From Thermodesulfovibrionales bacterium (GTDB lineage: Bacteria > Nitrospirota > Thermodesulfovibrionia > Thermodesulfovibrionales > SM23-35), in the NCBI GenBank assembly GCA_963727725.1, contig CAVSHJ010000005.1, positions 92,246-156,245 of the forward strand: a DNA stretch of 64,000 bases, given 5' to 3'. Position numbers and translations under genes: made by a program. The stretch's first letter is position 1. The number at the start of each line of letters is the position of its first letter. The notes under the pieces were generated by a model that worked only from the letters and a program-made list of their open reading frames with translations, ran no database searches and had not been told where the DNA came from. This document shows positions 1 to 10,005 of the stretch, piece after piece.

Positions 1-1662
1 GAAGTCACCATAAAGGGGAGCGTCATAACCGGAGAGTTGAAGGACGGCAAGAAATTTAAAACATATGCAGCGGAATACCCTGACCTCGTAAAAACCTTAA
101 GGGCCGAGAATGTAAAGATCACCGTCAAGCCTGAAGATCAGAATCCATGGTACTGGAACCTCTTTTTCTCATACGGCCCCATAATCTTACTTATCGTTCT
201 TTGGATATTCTTCATGCGCCAGATGCAAACGGGCGGCAACAAGGCGTTGTCTTTTGGTAAGGCAAGGGCAAAACTGGTCTCTGAAAAGACAGTCAAGGTA
301 ACCTTTGCCGATGTCGCGGGGATAGAGGAGGCAAAAGCAGAAGTCCAGGAGATTATAGATTTTTTGAAGGACCCCCAGAAATTCCAGAAGCTTGGCGGGA
401 AGATCCCCAAGGGCGTGCTTCTGGTAGGCGCGCCCGGTACGGGTAAAACCCTTCTCGCAAGGGCCATTGCCGGTGAGGCGGGAGTGCCGTTCTTCTCTAT
501 CTCAGGCTCTGACTTTGTCGAGATGTTTGTGGGAGTCGGCGCATCGAGGGTAAGGGACCTTTTTGATCAGGCAAAGAAGAGCGCTCCCTGCATAATATTT
601 ATCGATGAGATAGACGCGGTCGGGCGGCACAGGGGCGCAGGTCTGGGCGGCGGCCATGATGAACGCGAGCAGACCCTGAACCAGCTCCTCGTTGAAATGG
701 ACGGGTTCGAAGCCAATCAGGGGGTCATCATCATCGCAGCTACTAACAGGCCGGACGTCCTCGACCCGGCACTTTTAAGGCCGGGAAGGTTCGACAGACA
801 GGTGGTCGTACCCCAGCCCGATGTGAAGGGAAGGCTGGAGATACTCAAGGTTCACACAAAGAATATCCCTCTTGATGAAAATGTCAGCCTTGACGAGATC
901 GCGCGGGGCACACCCGGTTTCTCCGGCGCAGACCTTGAGAACCTTGTGAATGAGGCGGCCCTGCTCGCGGCAAGAACCGGAAAAAGCAAGGTCGAAAGGT
1001 CCGATTTCGAGTCGGCAAAGGACAAAGTGCTTATGGGCGTGGAGAGAAAGAGCATGATAATCAGCGATACCGAGAAAAAGAACACTGCTTATCATGAGGC
1101 GGGCCATACTCTTGTCGCAAAGCTGACGCCGGCGACTGACCCGGTCCACAAAGTCAGCATCATCCCGAGAGGGAGGGCACTCGGGGTTACGCAGCAATTG
1201 CCGATAGACGACAGGTATACCTATTCCAGAGACTATCTGATGAATGCCCTCACAGTTCTGCTCGGAGGCAGGGCTGCGGAGGAGATCGCATTGAACCACA
1301 TGACTACGGGTGCCGGCAATGATATCGAGAGGGCGACAGAGCTTGCAAGGAAAATGGTCACGGAGTGGGGCATGTCGGAAAAACTGGGGCCGCTTGCCTT
1401 TGGTAAGAAGGAGGAACAGATATTTCTCGGAAGGGAAATAGCCCAGCACAAAGACTATAGTGAAAAAACCGCGGTCGAGATAGATGAAGAAGTCAAGAAG
1501 ATAGTAATCGAGGCTTATGACACAGCCAGGAATCTCCTTACGGAAAACCGTGACCTGCTTGAGACATTGGCAAAGACACTCCTTGAGAAGGAGACCATGG
1601 ATGGGGCAGAGATAGATGCACTCATCCGGGAAGTGGAGTCAAAAAGGGCAGTCCGGGCTTGA
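1..1662 (+). CDS. ftsH: ATP-dependent zinc metalloprotease FtsH (5' end cut by window edge)
   Basis: Frame is open from nt 1, so the track start at 37 is not the real start. TM segment [22 protein letters not shown], Walker [14 protein letters not shown] zinc site. Confidence 0.97.
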   Translation, partial: EVTIKGSVITGELKDGKKFKTYAAEYPDLVKTLRAENVKITVKPEDQNPWYWNLFFSYGPIILLIVLWIFFMRQMQTGGNKALSFGKARAKLVSEKTVKVTFADVAGIEEAKAEVQEIIDFLKDPQKFQKLGGKIPKGVLLVGAPGTGKTLLARAIAGEAGVPFFSISGSDFVEMFVGVGASRVRDLFDQAKKSAPCIIFIDEIDAVGRHRGAGLGGGHDEREQTLNQLLVEMDGFEANQGVIIIAATNRPDVLDPALLRPGRFDRQVVVPQPDVKGRLEILKVHTKNIPLDENVSLDEIARGTPGFSGADLENLVNEAALLAARTGKSKVERSDFESAKDKVLMGVERKSMIISDTEKKNTAYHEAGHTLVAKLTPATDPVHKVSIIPRGRALGVTQQLPIDDRYTYSRDYLMNALTVLLGGRAAEEIALNHMTTGAGNDIERATELARKMVTEWGMSEKLGPLAFGKKEEQIFLGREIAQHKDYSEKTAVEIDEEVKKIVIEAYDTARNLLTENRDLLETLAKTLLEKETMDGAEIDALIREVESKRAVRA

Positions 1663-2543
1663 AACTTTCCTGGTCAAACTTCTCGTTAGATTTTTCCGAA
1701 AAAACTTATGTCATGGGAATCCTTAATGTTACACCGGATTCCTTTTCTGACGGCGGCCTCCACCTTGAGAAATCCGCAGCGATCAGGCGTGCTTTGCAGA
1801 TGCTTGAGGAGGGCGCCGATATTATCGATATCGGAGGCGAATCAACAAGACCTGGTTCGGAGCCTGTTGCCGTCGAAGAAGAGCTAAGGCGGACGATACC
1901 TGTTATTGAGGCGCTCGCAAAGGAGATTTCTGTTCCGCTTTCGATCGACACCTGCAAGTCGGAAGTGGCTAAGATAGCACTTGACGCGGGGGCTTCGATA
2001 GTTAACGACATAAGCGGATTGAGATGCGACCCGCAAATGGCGAAGGTTGTTTCAGAGCAAAAGGTTCCTGTCGTGATTATGCATATTAAGGGTGCACCGA
2101 GGGATATGCAGAAAAACCCTGTTTATGAAGCGTTAATGCCGGAGATAATGGATTATCTGAGAGGTGGTATAAGATTGGCGCTGGAGTCCGGGGTCCCGGA
2201 AGACAGGATAATAATTGATCCGGGTATAGGTTTTGGCAAGACATCGGAGCACAACCTGGAAATAATCCATGACCTTTATGAATTCACCTTATTGGAAAAG
2301 CCGCTTCTCATAGGCCCGTCGAGAAAGGCCTTCACAGGCAGGGTCCTCGGAGGTGTGCCGCCTGAAGAGCGTCTTGAAGGCACGGCGGCAGCGGTCGCCA
2401 TTTCGATAATGAATGGTGCAAATATTGTCCGTGTCCATGACGTGAAGGAGATGGTTAAGGTAGCAAGAGTTGCGGATGCGATAAAGAGAATGAAAATACG
2501 TAATGAAGAAATGAAAGAAAGGCATAGAGGTCTTTCCATATGA
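1659..2543 (+). CDS. folP: Dihydropteroate synthase
   Basis: [15 protein letters not shown] motif with an N-terminus laid out like E. coli FolP. The TTG start overlaps the ftsH stop. Classic ftsH-folP synteny. Confidence 0.95.
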   Translation: MKLSWSNFSLDFSEKTYVMGILNVTPDSFSDGGLHLEKSAAIRRALQMLEEGADIIDIGGESTRPGSEPVAVEEELRRTIPVIEALAKEISVPLSIDTCKSEVAKIALDAGASIVNDISGLRCDPQMAKVVSEQKVPVVIMHIKGAPRDMQKNPVYEALMPEIMDYLRGGIRLALESGVPEDRIIIDPGIGFGKTSEHNLEIIHDLYEFTLLEKPLLIGPSRKAFTGRVLGGVPPEERLEGTAAAVAISIMNGANIVRVHDVKEMVKVARVADAIKRMKIRNEEMKERHRGLSI

Positions 2544-2950
2544 AACTTCTCCTCTTTTATGCGCATAAATGGTGGTTCAAGACCGCTTCAAAAAGCCTTC
2601 CGCAGGCGCCTGATATCGACATGGAAGACTCCGTGGAAAATACCGTCGTGGTCTTCTTCCATGCGGAAAAGGATGATGAGGAAAAAGGCAAAGGTCTTCT
2701 CGACAAACTGGTCAAGAACATCAAGTGGCTTGCGGGCAAGTTCAGTACAAGAAATGTAGTTATCCATTCGTTTAATCATCTTTCATCGAGCAAGGCGTCT
2801 CCTGAATTTTCAGAACAGACTCTAAAACGGGCTGCGGAACGGCTGCAGAATACGGGCTATACGGTGATGTGCACGCCTTTCGGGTACTTCAATGAATTTA
2901 TGATCCACGTGGGAGGAGAAAGCCTCGCAAAGGTTTTCAAAGAGTTGTAA
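2540..2950 (+). CDS. Stand-alone protein resembling the archaeal threonyl-tRNA synthetase N-terminal editing domain (DTD-like fold)
   Basis: 136 aa. Blocks [38 protein letters not shown] and PFGYFNEFMIHVGGESLAKVF line up with my memory of the Pyrococcus ThrRS N-terminal domain ([60 protein letters not shown]). ATGA overlap with the folP stop. Confidence 0.6.
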   Translation: MKLLLFYAHKWWFKTASKSLPQAPDIDMEDSVENTVVVFFHAEKDDEEKGKGLLDKLVKNIKWLAGKFSTRNVVIHSFNHLSSSKASPEFSEQTLKRAAERLQNTGYTVMCTPFGYFNEFMIHVGGESLAKVFKEL

Positions 2951-3406
2951 TCAGGTGAGACTTTTCATGAACTTCAAGGCAGCAGAATTTATACAGTGAC
3001 GCAGGCCGGTCGGAGGCGGCCCGTCATCAAAAACATGGCCGAGGTGGGCATCACACCTTGCACATATGACCTCGGTCCTCTTCATAAAAAAAGACCGGTC
3101 GGTATGAGTTCTTATATTGTTTTCCGATACGGGTTCCAGGAAGCTTGGCCAGCCCGTCCCCGAATCATATTTTGCGGCTGAACTGAAGAGATCCGTACCG
3201 CAGCATACGCATTGATAAATGCCTTTTTCCTTACGGTCATGGTATTTGCCGGTGAAAGCCCTTTCGGTGCCTTTTCTCCGCGTAACCTGATATTGCTCGG
3301 GCGTAAGGAGATTCTTCCATTCTTCGTCAGTTTTAATTACCCTGTCCACTTCCTCCATAATCCCCTTGACAGCAACAAATATTTTAATCTTCTCGCGACT
3401 CTCCAT
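2951..3406 (-). CDS. msrB: Peptide-methionine (R)-S-oxide reductase MsrB
   Basis: CVCCG...CARC zinc cysteines, GWPSF, catalytic RHCINS. The true start may be the ATG at 3358 ([14 protein letters not shown]). Confidence 0.93.
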   Translation of the reverse strand: MESREKIKIFVAVKGIMEEVDRVIKTDEEWKNLLTPEQYQVTRRKGTERAFTGKYHDRKEKGIYQCVCCGTDLFSSAAKYDSGTGWPSFLEPVSENNIRTHTDRSFFMKRTEVICARCDAHLGHVFDDGPPPTGLRHCINSAALKFMKSLT

Positions 3407-3507
3407 TTGAGCCTTCTCTTATATTCCTCCCAAGGGGTAAGATTTATCCCAAAAAATCCGGGTACGAACTAATATGACGGCATATGTTGTTGGATTGAGC
3501 AAAAAGA

Positions 3508-4050
3508 CTATCCGGAAGACTTCAGTTTTTCTATCAGCTGGCCCGTCTGCACGGCATCAGGAGCCTGCGGAGACAACCTGAGGTATTCTTCAAGCTCCCT
3601 GATCGCGCCTTTTTTGTCATTCAGGTCTAACGCGAGGACAATGCCGAGGTTCCTGTGAGCGTTGATATGGTTTGGATTTATGGCTATGGCCTTCCTGTAT
3701 TCTTCCGCTGCCTTATCCGGCTTTCCGACGGACCTGTAACACGTTCCCAGGTCTACCCGGACGTTGACGTTCTTCCCGTCGAGCGCAAGGGCTTTCCTAT
3801 ATGCATCTATCGCCTCATAAAATCGGGAAGAGTCCATCGAGATATCGCCCAGTTGAATCCACGCATTCAGATTCCCGGGGTTCTGTCTGACCATTTCCTG
3901 AAGTTGCAGTATCTGGTTCTGAACACGTTCAGCCTCGGCCGGGGAGGGTGTCCGCATCCCTGGTTCTTCTTTTTTCTGGCAGTTAGTCAGCAGGAAAAGA
4001 AAGCCTAAGCACACTATGAGCAACCGTTTCATTCGAACTGTGCGACTCAT
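3508..4050 (-). CDS. TPR-repeat lipoprotein
   Basis: Signal peptide with lipobox LLTNC, followed by three or four TPR-like repeats (AIDAYRKALALDGKN, AAEEYRKAIAINPNH). Confidence 0.75.
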   Translation of the reverse strand: MSRTVRMKRLLIVCLGFLFLLTNCQKKEEPGMRTPSPAEAERVQNQILQLQEMVRQNPGNLNAWIQLGDISMDSSRFYEAIDAYRKALALDGKNVNVRVDLGTCYRSVGKPDKAAEEYRKAIAINPNHINAHRNLGIVLALDLNDKKGAIRELEEYLRLSPQAPDAVQTGQLIEKLKSSG

Positions 4051-4122
4051 TTACTCCTTATTCTAGCAGATATGAATCCGGATTTCATTCGCCCGAATTC
4101 ACTTTGTCGCCCGGGATCGGAA

Positions 4123-4154
4123 GGCAAAATGCCCTGCCCGAAAGGCATATTGCC
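4123..4154 (+). promoter_or_regulatory. Two 11-bp palindromes GGCA-N3-TGCC (GGCAAAATGCC and GGCATATTGCC): candidate enhancer-binding-protein sites
   Basis: The sites sit 21 bp apart centre to centre, 70-100 bp upstream of the sigma54 -24 element. Confidence 0.4.
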
Positions 4155-4222
4155 AGAAATATTGTGCCTGTCATTTGAATTAATAACTTTAAAAACAACT
4201 TAAAATCAATCAGTTACAGGAT

Positions 4223-4238
4223 TGGCATCTGTTTTGCA
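4223..4238 (+). promoter_or_regulatory. Sigma54 (-24/-12) promoter TGGCAT-N5-TTGCA
   Basis: GG at 4224-4225 and GC at 4236-4237 have the canonical 12-nt register. The match is near-consensus to TGGCAC-N5-TTGCA. It lies in a 355-bp intergenic gap. Confidence 0.6.
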
Positions 4239-4248
4239 ATTTCTTAAG

Positions 4249-4326
4249 TGGGTCAAACGCCGCATATCCTCTGGGTGATGACAGCGGCATCTTTCTGAAA
4301 GGGCAGTTTTCGCTGCCCTTTTTTTT
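4249..4326 (+). ncRNA. Candidate sigma54-dependent small RNA (about 78 nt)
   Basis: Bounded by the predicted TSS about 12 nt after the -12 GC and by an intrinsic terminator. It contains no SD-preceded ORF. An internal GCCGC...GCGGC hairpin is present. Confidence 0.4.
4301..4326 (+). terminator. Rho-independent terminator
   Basis: GGGCAG-ttttcg-CTGCCC stem-loop followed by T8 (4319-4326). Confidence 0.75.
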
Positions 4327-4405
4327 GATCTACTTATATCCTGATCCGAAAATATTAGCCCTTGACGCCGCAGTCTCCGGTTCCTCCGGATTTCTTTAAA
4401 AAAAA

Positions 4406-4765
4406 TTACTGGTGATGCAAAAATCTCAAGAGGTAATAGACGCCCGTGATTACGGCAAGGATAACGAGAACCAGAACAGCAATAAAAAACCTTCTGCTCC
4501 TGTCTTCCCGGCGCAGTGACACTCGCGCCGCAGCGGTTCCGGTATTCCGGTAGTCTTCTTCTTTCCTGTCGGCACCTTCTGTGAGTCCGTTTTCGGAGTC
4601 CTTTTGAGGGGAATTCTGCCTTTTCTTACGGATTTCCATGAATTCGGATACTTTGAACTCCTTGTATTCAACCTCTATCGCCTGTTCCGGCACTTCTATT
4701 TTCCCCCCGCATCTGCTGCACACATCTTTCTTTTGGGATTCATTACCGCAGTGAGGACATTTCAT
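4406..4765 (-). CDS. Zinc-ribbon protein with C-terminal transmembrane anchor
   Basis: N-terminal CPHC...CSRC motif, a charged linker, and C-terminal TM FFIAVLVLVILAVITGVYYLL. Confidence 0.65.
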   Translation of the reverse strand: MKCPHCGNESQKKDVCSRCGGKIEVPEQAIEVEYKEFKVSEFMEIRKKRQNSPQKDSENGLTEGADRKEEDYRNTGTAAARVSLRREDRSRRFFIAVLVLVILAVITGVYYLLRFLHHQ

Positions 4766-4927
4766 TAAGCTCTCCTTAAAACATAAGATGCTGCCTTATC
4801 CGGATCCACCGCAGATATAATAGTCCACTCATGATTCGGGTTACAAGAATTTATTCGCCGGATTCGCACATTATAGTTTCCCCGGACATTCTGACGCAAA
4901 ATTTCCAAATATTATACGCTCAAGAAT

Positions 4928-5728
4928 ATGATAAAATTAAAAAAATCAGGATATTTCGGAATATTGATGAAAAAGAAGGACAGTATAAAAATCAGGTCCA
5001 GCCTGCACAGGGAGATAGAGTCCGAGATCGTGACAGGCGGAAAGAAGTATTTGATCCTGACAGAGGATATTGATGCCCTGAACCCGGTTACTACCACCAG
5101 GGTCTACCTCGGAGGAAAGATAATATTAGCGAGAACCCTCGACTGTAAAGACATACCGAGGACTTCTGCACGGGAGAAGACGGTCATTGAAATGGTGCGC
5201 GGGCAGCATGAAGCGATCGCCGAGATGCTCAGAAAAGGAAATGTGAAGAAACCGAAGTCTCCTTCACATTTCCTTGAAGAAGTGAGGGTATTACTGCAAA
5301 GAAAAGACAACAGGAGTGCCCTCGAACTCCTGACGCAGGCCCTGAAAAAGTATCCCGATGACCCGTTTCTTCTTTCCTATTTCGGTTGCCTTGAAGCGCT
5401 CATCAACAAGAACTATGCCGACGGGATCGATCTCTGTAAAAGAGCGATCGAGTTACTGAATGAAAAAATACCTTTTGGGCAGGAGATCTTTTATCCTACA
5501 TTCTATCTCAACCTGGGAAGATCGTATCTCGCTGCAAACAAGAGAAACGGCGCTACAGAAGCCTTGCAGAAGGGTCTCACGTTTGATGGAGAAAATAAAG
5601 ATCTCCTCTGGGAAATGAAGAAACTCGGCATCAGGAGAAAGCCCGTTGTCCCGTATCTGAAGAGATCGAACCCGCTCAACAAATACATCGGAATGATACT
5701 TCACAAATTAAGCGCAACGTCCGGCTGA
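4928..5728 (+). CDS. Hypothetical protein with C-terminal TPR-like helical repeats
   Basis: Long ORF with TPR-like segments (ALELLTQALKKYPDDPF, YLNLGRSYLAANKRNGATEALQKGLTFD). Start is uncertain, with 4966 as an alternative. Confidence 0.6.
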   Translation: MIKLKKSGYFGILMKKKDSIKIRSSLHREIESEIVTGGKKYLILTEDIDALNPVTTTRVYLGGKIILARTLDCKDIPRTSAREKTVIEMVRGQHEAIAEMLRKGNVKKPKSPSHFLEEVRVLLQRKDNRSALELLTQALKKYPDDPFLLSYFGCLEALINKNYADGIDLCKRAIELLNEKIPFGQEIFYPTFYLNLGRSYLAANKRNGATEALQKGLTFDGENKDLLWEMKKLGIRRKPVVPYLKRSNPLNKYIGMILHKLSATSG

Positions 5729-5839
5729 AGACAGAGACATTGTAATTGCTGCGATCAACAACCAGACCCTGGACCATTGAAAATAATCTTGAGGATATTG
5801 TAAGATAATAATTTTTGCCATGGAGAAGATTATAATAAA

Positions 5840-6790
5840 TTGAGATCAGGAGTTGAAGAGATTGTACAGAGGAAAACGTTGACCTATAACAAGAAGAACA
5901 TAATCAATATCGTCTTTCCTATTATCGGAATTATAATAGCTATTTTACATAGTACCTGCGAGGATTCATGTGCATACTTAAGGGGTTCGATTTTCGGTAT
6001 GGCACTCGATTATATCGGCCTCTTCTACATGGGAGCCTTAATCATTTCCCATCTGCTCAGGAAAGAACTGATTTTTCTGTCTTTGCTCTCAGCCGGTATC
6101 GGAGCCGAGTTGTACCTTGTGGGATTCCAGTTGATTAAAGGTGTGTACTGTTACTATTGTCTTGCCTTCGGAGCAATATTGATCCTTCTCTTTTTATTCA
6201 ATTTTGAACGTTCGAAAAAAATCATCATAACCGTCTCTCTCGTGATAGGTTTTATTTTCTTCTCTCTGCTCTTTGAGGGGTCGGTAACCCCTGTTTACGC
6301 GGAGGATAGGCCCATGACTTCCTTTGGTAACGGCCGGATAAAAGTTCGGATCTACACAGATTACTTCTGCAATCCCTGCAGGGCCGTCGAGCCGGGATTG
6401 GAGCCCGTAATAAGGTCACTGGTGAAAAAACGGAAAATAACTGTTGTGTTCATTGACACGCCCGTACATCCGCATACCCCTCTATATGCGAAGTATTTTC
6501 TTTACGCCCTGAATGAAAATAAGGATTTCAATAACGCCCTTCATGTGCGGTCTGTGTTATTTGAAGCGGCGAAACAGAACATAACAGAGAACGAAAAATT
6601 GGACGATTTCCTCCGGCAGAAGGGGATAAAAGTGAAGTTTTTTGATACGAAAACTGCTTTTTCTGTCCTCAACGGTTATATAATGGAAGATGCAATCAAC
6701 GCCACGCCGACCGGTGTTATCTATGATACCGGGGGAAAAGAGAAATTCACGGGACATGATATTATAAAGGCGCTTGAACGGCTCGAATAA
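5840..6790 (+). CDS. VKOR/DsbB-like membrane domain fused to DsbA-like thioredoxin-fold domain
   Basis: Four or five TM helices with a loop Cys pair (CEDSC) and an in-membrane CYYC. The C-terminal soluble domain has CNPC. The likely real start is the TTG at 5879, which follows an AGAGGA SD. Confidence 0.6.
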   Translation: MRSGVEEIVQRKTLTYNKKNIINIVFPIIGIIIAILHSTCEDSCAYLRGSIFGMALDYIGLFYMGALIISHLLRKELIFLSLLSAGIGAELYLVGFQLIKGVYCYYCLAFGAILILLFLFNFERSKKIIITVSLVIGFIFFSLLFEGSVTPVYAEDRPMTSFGNGRIKVRIYTDYFCNPCRAVEPGLEPVIRSLVKKRKITVVFIDTPVHPHTPLYAKYFLYALNENKDFNNALHVRSVLFEAAKQNITENEKLDDFLRQKGIKVKFFDTKTAFSVLNGYIMEDAINATPTGVIYDTGGKEKFTGHDIIKALERLE

Positions 6791-6829
6791 CTCCCGTTCC
6801 TCCGGTCTCAGAGAAAACATTTGTTGCTC

Positions 6830-9364
6830 TTATTCGAAGCTTACGAATCTTCTGGGGTCTATCTTCCTTGCGACTTTCGATGGAAGTATGCCGGCGAGTA
6901 ATGTCGTCAAAAAAAGAACCATAGTTACTGCGGACAGATATAAAAAAGGAATTCTAAAATCTATTTCCCACCCGAAGGATATTTTATTGACCACGTAGAC
7001 CAGAATTATGCTCATGAGCGGCCCCAGTAACGAACCAAAAAAAATACCTGCGAGTCCCACAATCCCGGCCGATAGAATAAGGGTCTGCTGTATCTGCCTC
7101 CAGCTTCCTCCCAGATATCGTATGACACTTATCTCCCTTTTTCTTTCAAACACCAGGGCTAAAAGCGCGTTTATCACTCCTATCAGTGAGACCATAATCG
7201 AAATGAACTCGATGGCATAAGTAATGGCAAAACTCTTGTTGAAGATATCCATCACCTTATCTCTAAGCGTCTGATTGTTCATGATCTCGAGAAAATACCC
7301 GGGCGGGATTTTCTCTCTCAGTCTGTGGATAAATTCATCGACATTCGCATCCTTCCTGAGATAAACACTCATCTGCGTCATGTCATCCAGGCCCCAGTAT
7401 TTGTTCAGCCATTTCCGGTCAATATAGATAAAACCTGACGTTGTAGCGTAACTCGAAAAAATGTCATTCACCCTGAATGCCACGTTGCCGGCCGGGGATT
7501 TCAATTCTACGGTATCACCCTTTTTCAGTCCGTACTTTGCACTTAAGTACTCAGAGATACCGGCTACAGGCTGGTCGCCCTCCATCTCTTTGAGTATTCG
7601 CTCATATTCTCTGTCGGTGTATCTCCTGTGCAGATATTTCCTCTTGACCCCAACATCCGCGAAACCTGCTACCACTTTCCTGCCGAACAGTTCGGTCTGC
7701 AAGCCCCTGAATCTGTCTACCCCCTCTACCTCGGGAAGACCTTTCACTGTCCCAAAAATTTCGTTTGACATGGGATAGAAACAGTAATTTGCCTTACAGG
7801 ATTCGGGCTTTATATAGACATCCGATGTGATATTCTTATGGATCCACCCCTGAAGTGAGCCGCGCAAAGAAAATATAAGCGTCAGTATCGCGATAATCAG
7901 GGCGCTGCTGATAGCAACACTCATTAAGGCAACGGAGAACCTGTAGATATTCCCTCTCATGTCCCCCAGGGTAATCTTCCCTATTGCCCCGAATATCCGC
8001 TCAACCGGCCTCTTGATGATCCTGAGGATGACACCGAGATAGAAAGGCGAGATAAATGTAAAGCCCGCGATGACAAAAAGTATTCCTCCGTACGCGAAAA
8101 ATGGGAATTCAAAAGGCATATGACGGTAATCGAGATACGATACCAACGCCCCCGAAAGAATAAAGAGGATACCCGCAAAGGCAGCTATTTTCTGATATCT
8201 CCTGTATCTGCCTTCGAACGAACCTTCCCGTGAACTCTCATTTGGCCTGATTTTCGAAGCCTCAAATGAGGGGACGGCAGACGCAAGAAGCGATATGAAA
8301 AGACCCAGGAGCAGGGCCATCAGCGCATCGTGTCTTGTGATCAGGTAACCGGAAATGGATACGGCGCTATACATAGTCGAGATCGTCTTTTCAACGGCGA
8401 TGACGGAAAAATATGCAATAATCTGTCCGAAGAATATACCGAGCAGGGAACCGATCAGTCCCAGAACCAGTCCCTGGACTGCAAATAACATGACAACGGT
8501 TTTTTTATCTGCACCAAGACTCCTGAGAATTCCCATCTCGGTCCTTCTTTTTACGACCGAAATAAATACCGTGTTATACAGAAGGAAAATACCGACCAGA
8601 ACAGCGATCAGACTGACAAACTGGAGGTTATAGCGGAAAGACGCGACGAGCGACTTCTGGTTTTCAAAAATCTTTTCCTTCTTTTCAATACTGAGGTCAA
8701 ACGGCAGTATCTTTCTTATCTCTTCTGCTCTCTTTTCGCCTGTTGCAAGATCGATCCCCGAAAGATAACCGGTCTTGCCGAAAATCTCCTGGAAATTTCC
8801 GATATCCATGACCACCATATTTGCGAGCAGAGAATCTGAACTAAGGACATCTATGACCTTCAGGGTATACGCTCTGTCATAGACCAGGGCCTTGAATGTG
8901 TCCCCTTTTTTCAAAGAATACTGATCGGAGAATTTCCTGGTTATAAGGATGCCGTTGGGGTCTCTGTAGAAATGTTCGATATCGATTTTTTGGGAACGGG
9001 ACAGTCTGAGAAAACGCATGGCTTTGACCGTATAAATACCATTTATGTCGATGGCCTCCTTAAATGCCGGGACGTAGCCGAACGTCTTTAAGAAAGGGAA
9101 ACTGTTCTCCTCCAGAGCGCGGACTTTCCCATATACCTCTTCACTGAAATCTATTCCCGATGTGTCAAAGATTTCATAGTCGGCATAAGGGCTTATTCCT
9201 TTGATGTCGGCTTCGAAAGAAGTTATTGCACGGTCGGAGGCCACCTTTACGCCTGTAAAAAGCCCTATACCGAGTGCAATCCCTATGACCGACAGAAAAG
9301 TCAGAAATTTTTCTTCCCTTATATTCCGGATGACCAGGATTCTGATCAGCTTGAGGAATCTCAT
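6830..9364 (-). CDS. ABC transporter permease, double FtsX-domain (MacB/LolE-like)
   Basis: 844 aa with two FtsX-type four-TM modules, each preceded by a large periplasmic domain. Overlaps the ATPase gene. Confidence 0.88.
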   Translation of the reverse strand: MRFLKLIRILVIRNIREEKFLTFLSVIGIALGIGLFTGVKVASDRAITSFEADIKGISPYADYEIFDTSGIDFSEEVYGKVRALEENSFPFLKTFGYVPAFKEAIDINGIYTVKAMRFLRLSRSQKIDIEHFYRDPNGILITRKFSDQYSLKKGDTFKALVYDRAYTLKVIDVLSSDSLLANMVVMDIGNFQEIFGKTGYLSGIDLATGEKRAEEIRKILPFDLSIEKKEKIFENQKSLVASFRYNLQFVSLIAVLVGIFLLYNTVFISVVKRRTEMGILRSLGADKKTVVMLFAVQGLVLGLIGSLLGIFFGQIIAYFSVIAVEKTISTMYSAVSISGYLITRHDALMALLLGLFISLLASAVPSFEASKIRPNESSREGSFEGRYRRYQKIAAFAGILFILSGALVSYLDYRHMPFEFPFFAYGGILFVIAGFTFISPFYLGVILRIIKRPVERIFGAIGKITLGDMRGNIYRFSVALMSVAISSALIIAILTLIFSLRGSLQGWIHKNITSDVYIKPESCKANYCFYPMSNEIFGTVKGLPEVEGVDRFRGLQTELFGRKVVAGFADVGVKRKYLHRRYTDREYERILKEMEGDQPVAGISEYLSAKYGLKKGDTVELKSPAGNVAFRVNDIFSSYATTSGFIYIDRKWLNKYWGLDDMTQMSVYLRKDANVDEFIHRLREKIPPGYFLEIMNNQTLRDKVMDIFNKSFAITYAIEFISIMVSLIGVINALLALVFERKREISVIRYLGGSWRQIQQTLILSAGIVGLAGIFFGSLLGPLMSIILVYVVNKISFGWEIDFRIPFLYLSAVTMVLFLTTLLAGILPSKVARKIDPRRFVSFE

Positions 9365-10005
9365 TCAGAGAGTACCCCGTCCCTTATCCTCGCCGTCCTC
9401 TTTGCATAGTCAGCGATATAGGATTCATGGGTAACAAGTATTACCGTCTTTTTTGTCTCTTCTGTCAATTGCCGGATGAGGTCCATTATTATCTTCCCTG
9501 TCTCGCTGTCCAGGCTGCCCGTCGGTTCGTCTGCAAGGATGATTTCAGGGTCATGGACAAGTGCCCTTGCAATGGCAACGCGCTGCTGTTCGCCGCCTGA
9601 CAGTTGATATGGATAATTATTTTCTTTACCGCGAAGACCCACTCGATTTATAAATATATTGGCCTTTTCATCATTTTCAGCTCCGTTCAGAAGTAAAGGC
9701 ATAGATATGTTTTCCAGTACAGTGATGTTCGGAAGAAGGTTGAAAAACTGGAATATAAACCCTATCTTTTTCCTTCTGTACAGCGTAAGCTCTTCATCTG
9801 CATATGCCGATATGTCTTCCCCGTTCACCACAATTCTGCCTTTTTCCGGCCTGTCCATCCCACCGACAAGGTTCAACAGCGTTGATTTCCCTGAACCGGA
9901 ACTCCCCATGATCGAGACAAATTCTCCCGTTTGCAACTCCAGGTTTATCCCCTTAAGGACCCGATGATCTCCATAATATTTTTCCACATCCTCGAGTGTT
10001 ATCAT
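9361..10005 (-). CDS. ABC transporter ATP-binding protein (LolD/MacB type)
   Basis: Walker [10 protein letters not shown], signature [15 protein letters not shown], Walker B ILADEPTG. Confidence 0.95.
   Translation of the reverse strand: MITLEDVEKYYGDHRVLKGINLELQTGEFVSIMGSSGSGKSTLLNLVGGMDRPEKGRIVVNGEDISAYADEELTLYRRKKIGFIFQFFNLLPNITVLENISMPLLLNGAENDEKANIFINRVGLRGKENNYPYQLSGGEQQRVAIARALVHDPEIILADEPTGSLDSETGKIIMDLIRQLTEETKKTVILVTHESYIADYAKRTARIRDGVLSE

Noticed and set aside
775-1449. Long antisense ORFs nested in clear genes. Examples: 775-1449(-) in ftsH, 20696-21328(-) in recJ, 23014-23604(-) in rel, 36629-37330(-) and 38243-38935(-) in the kinase, 31133-31834(-), 59922-60545(-) and 62966-63715(-).
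   Set aside because: Each lies fully inside a gene with strong family motifs on the other strand. None has a recognisable motif or SD of its own. They are typical shadow ORFs.
4831-5073. 80-aa ORF starting 9 nt after a TATAAT box at 4816-4821.
   Set aside because: Its composition is low-complexity and Arg/Asp-rich, and it overlaps the better-supported 4928-5728 gene in another frame. The TATAAT more likely serves that gene.
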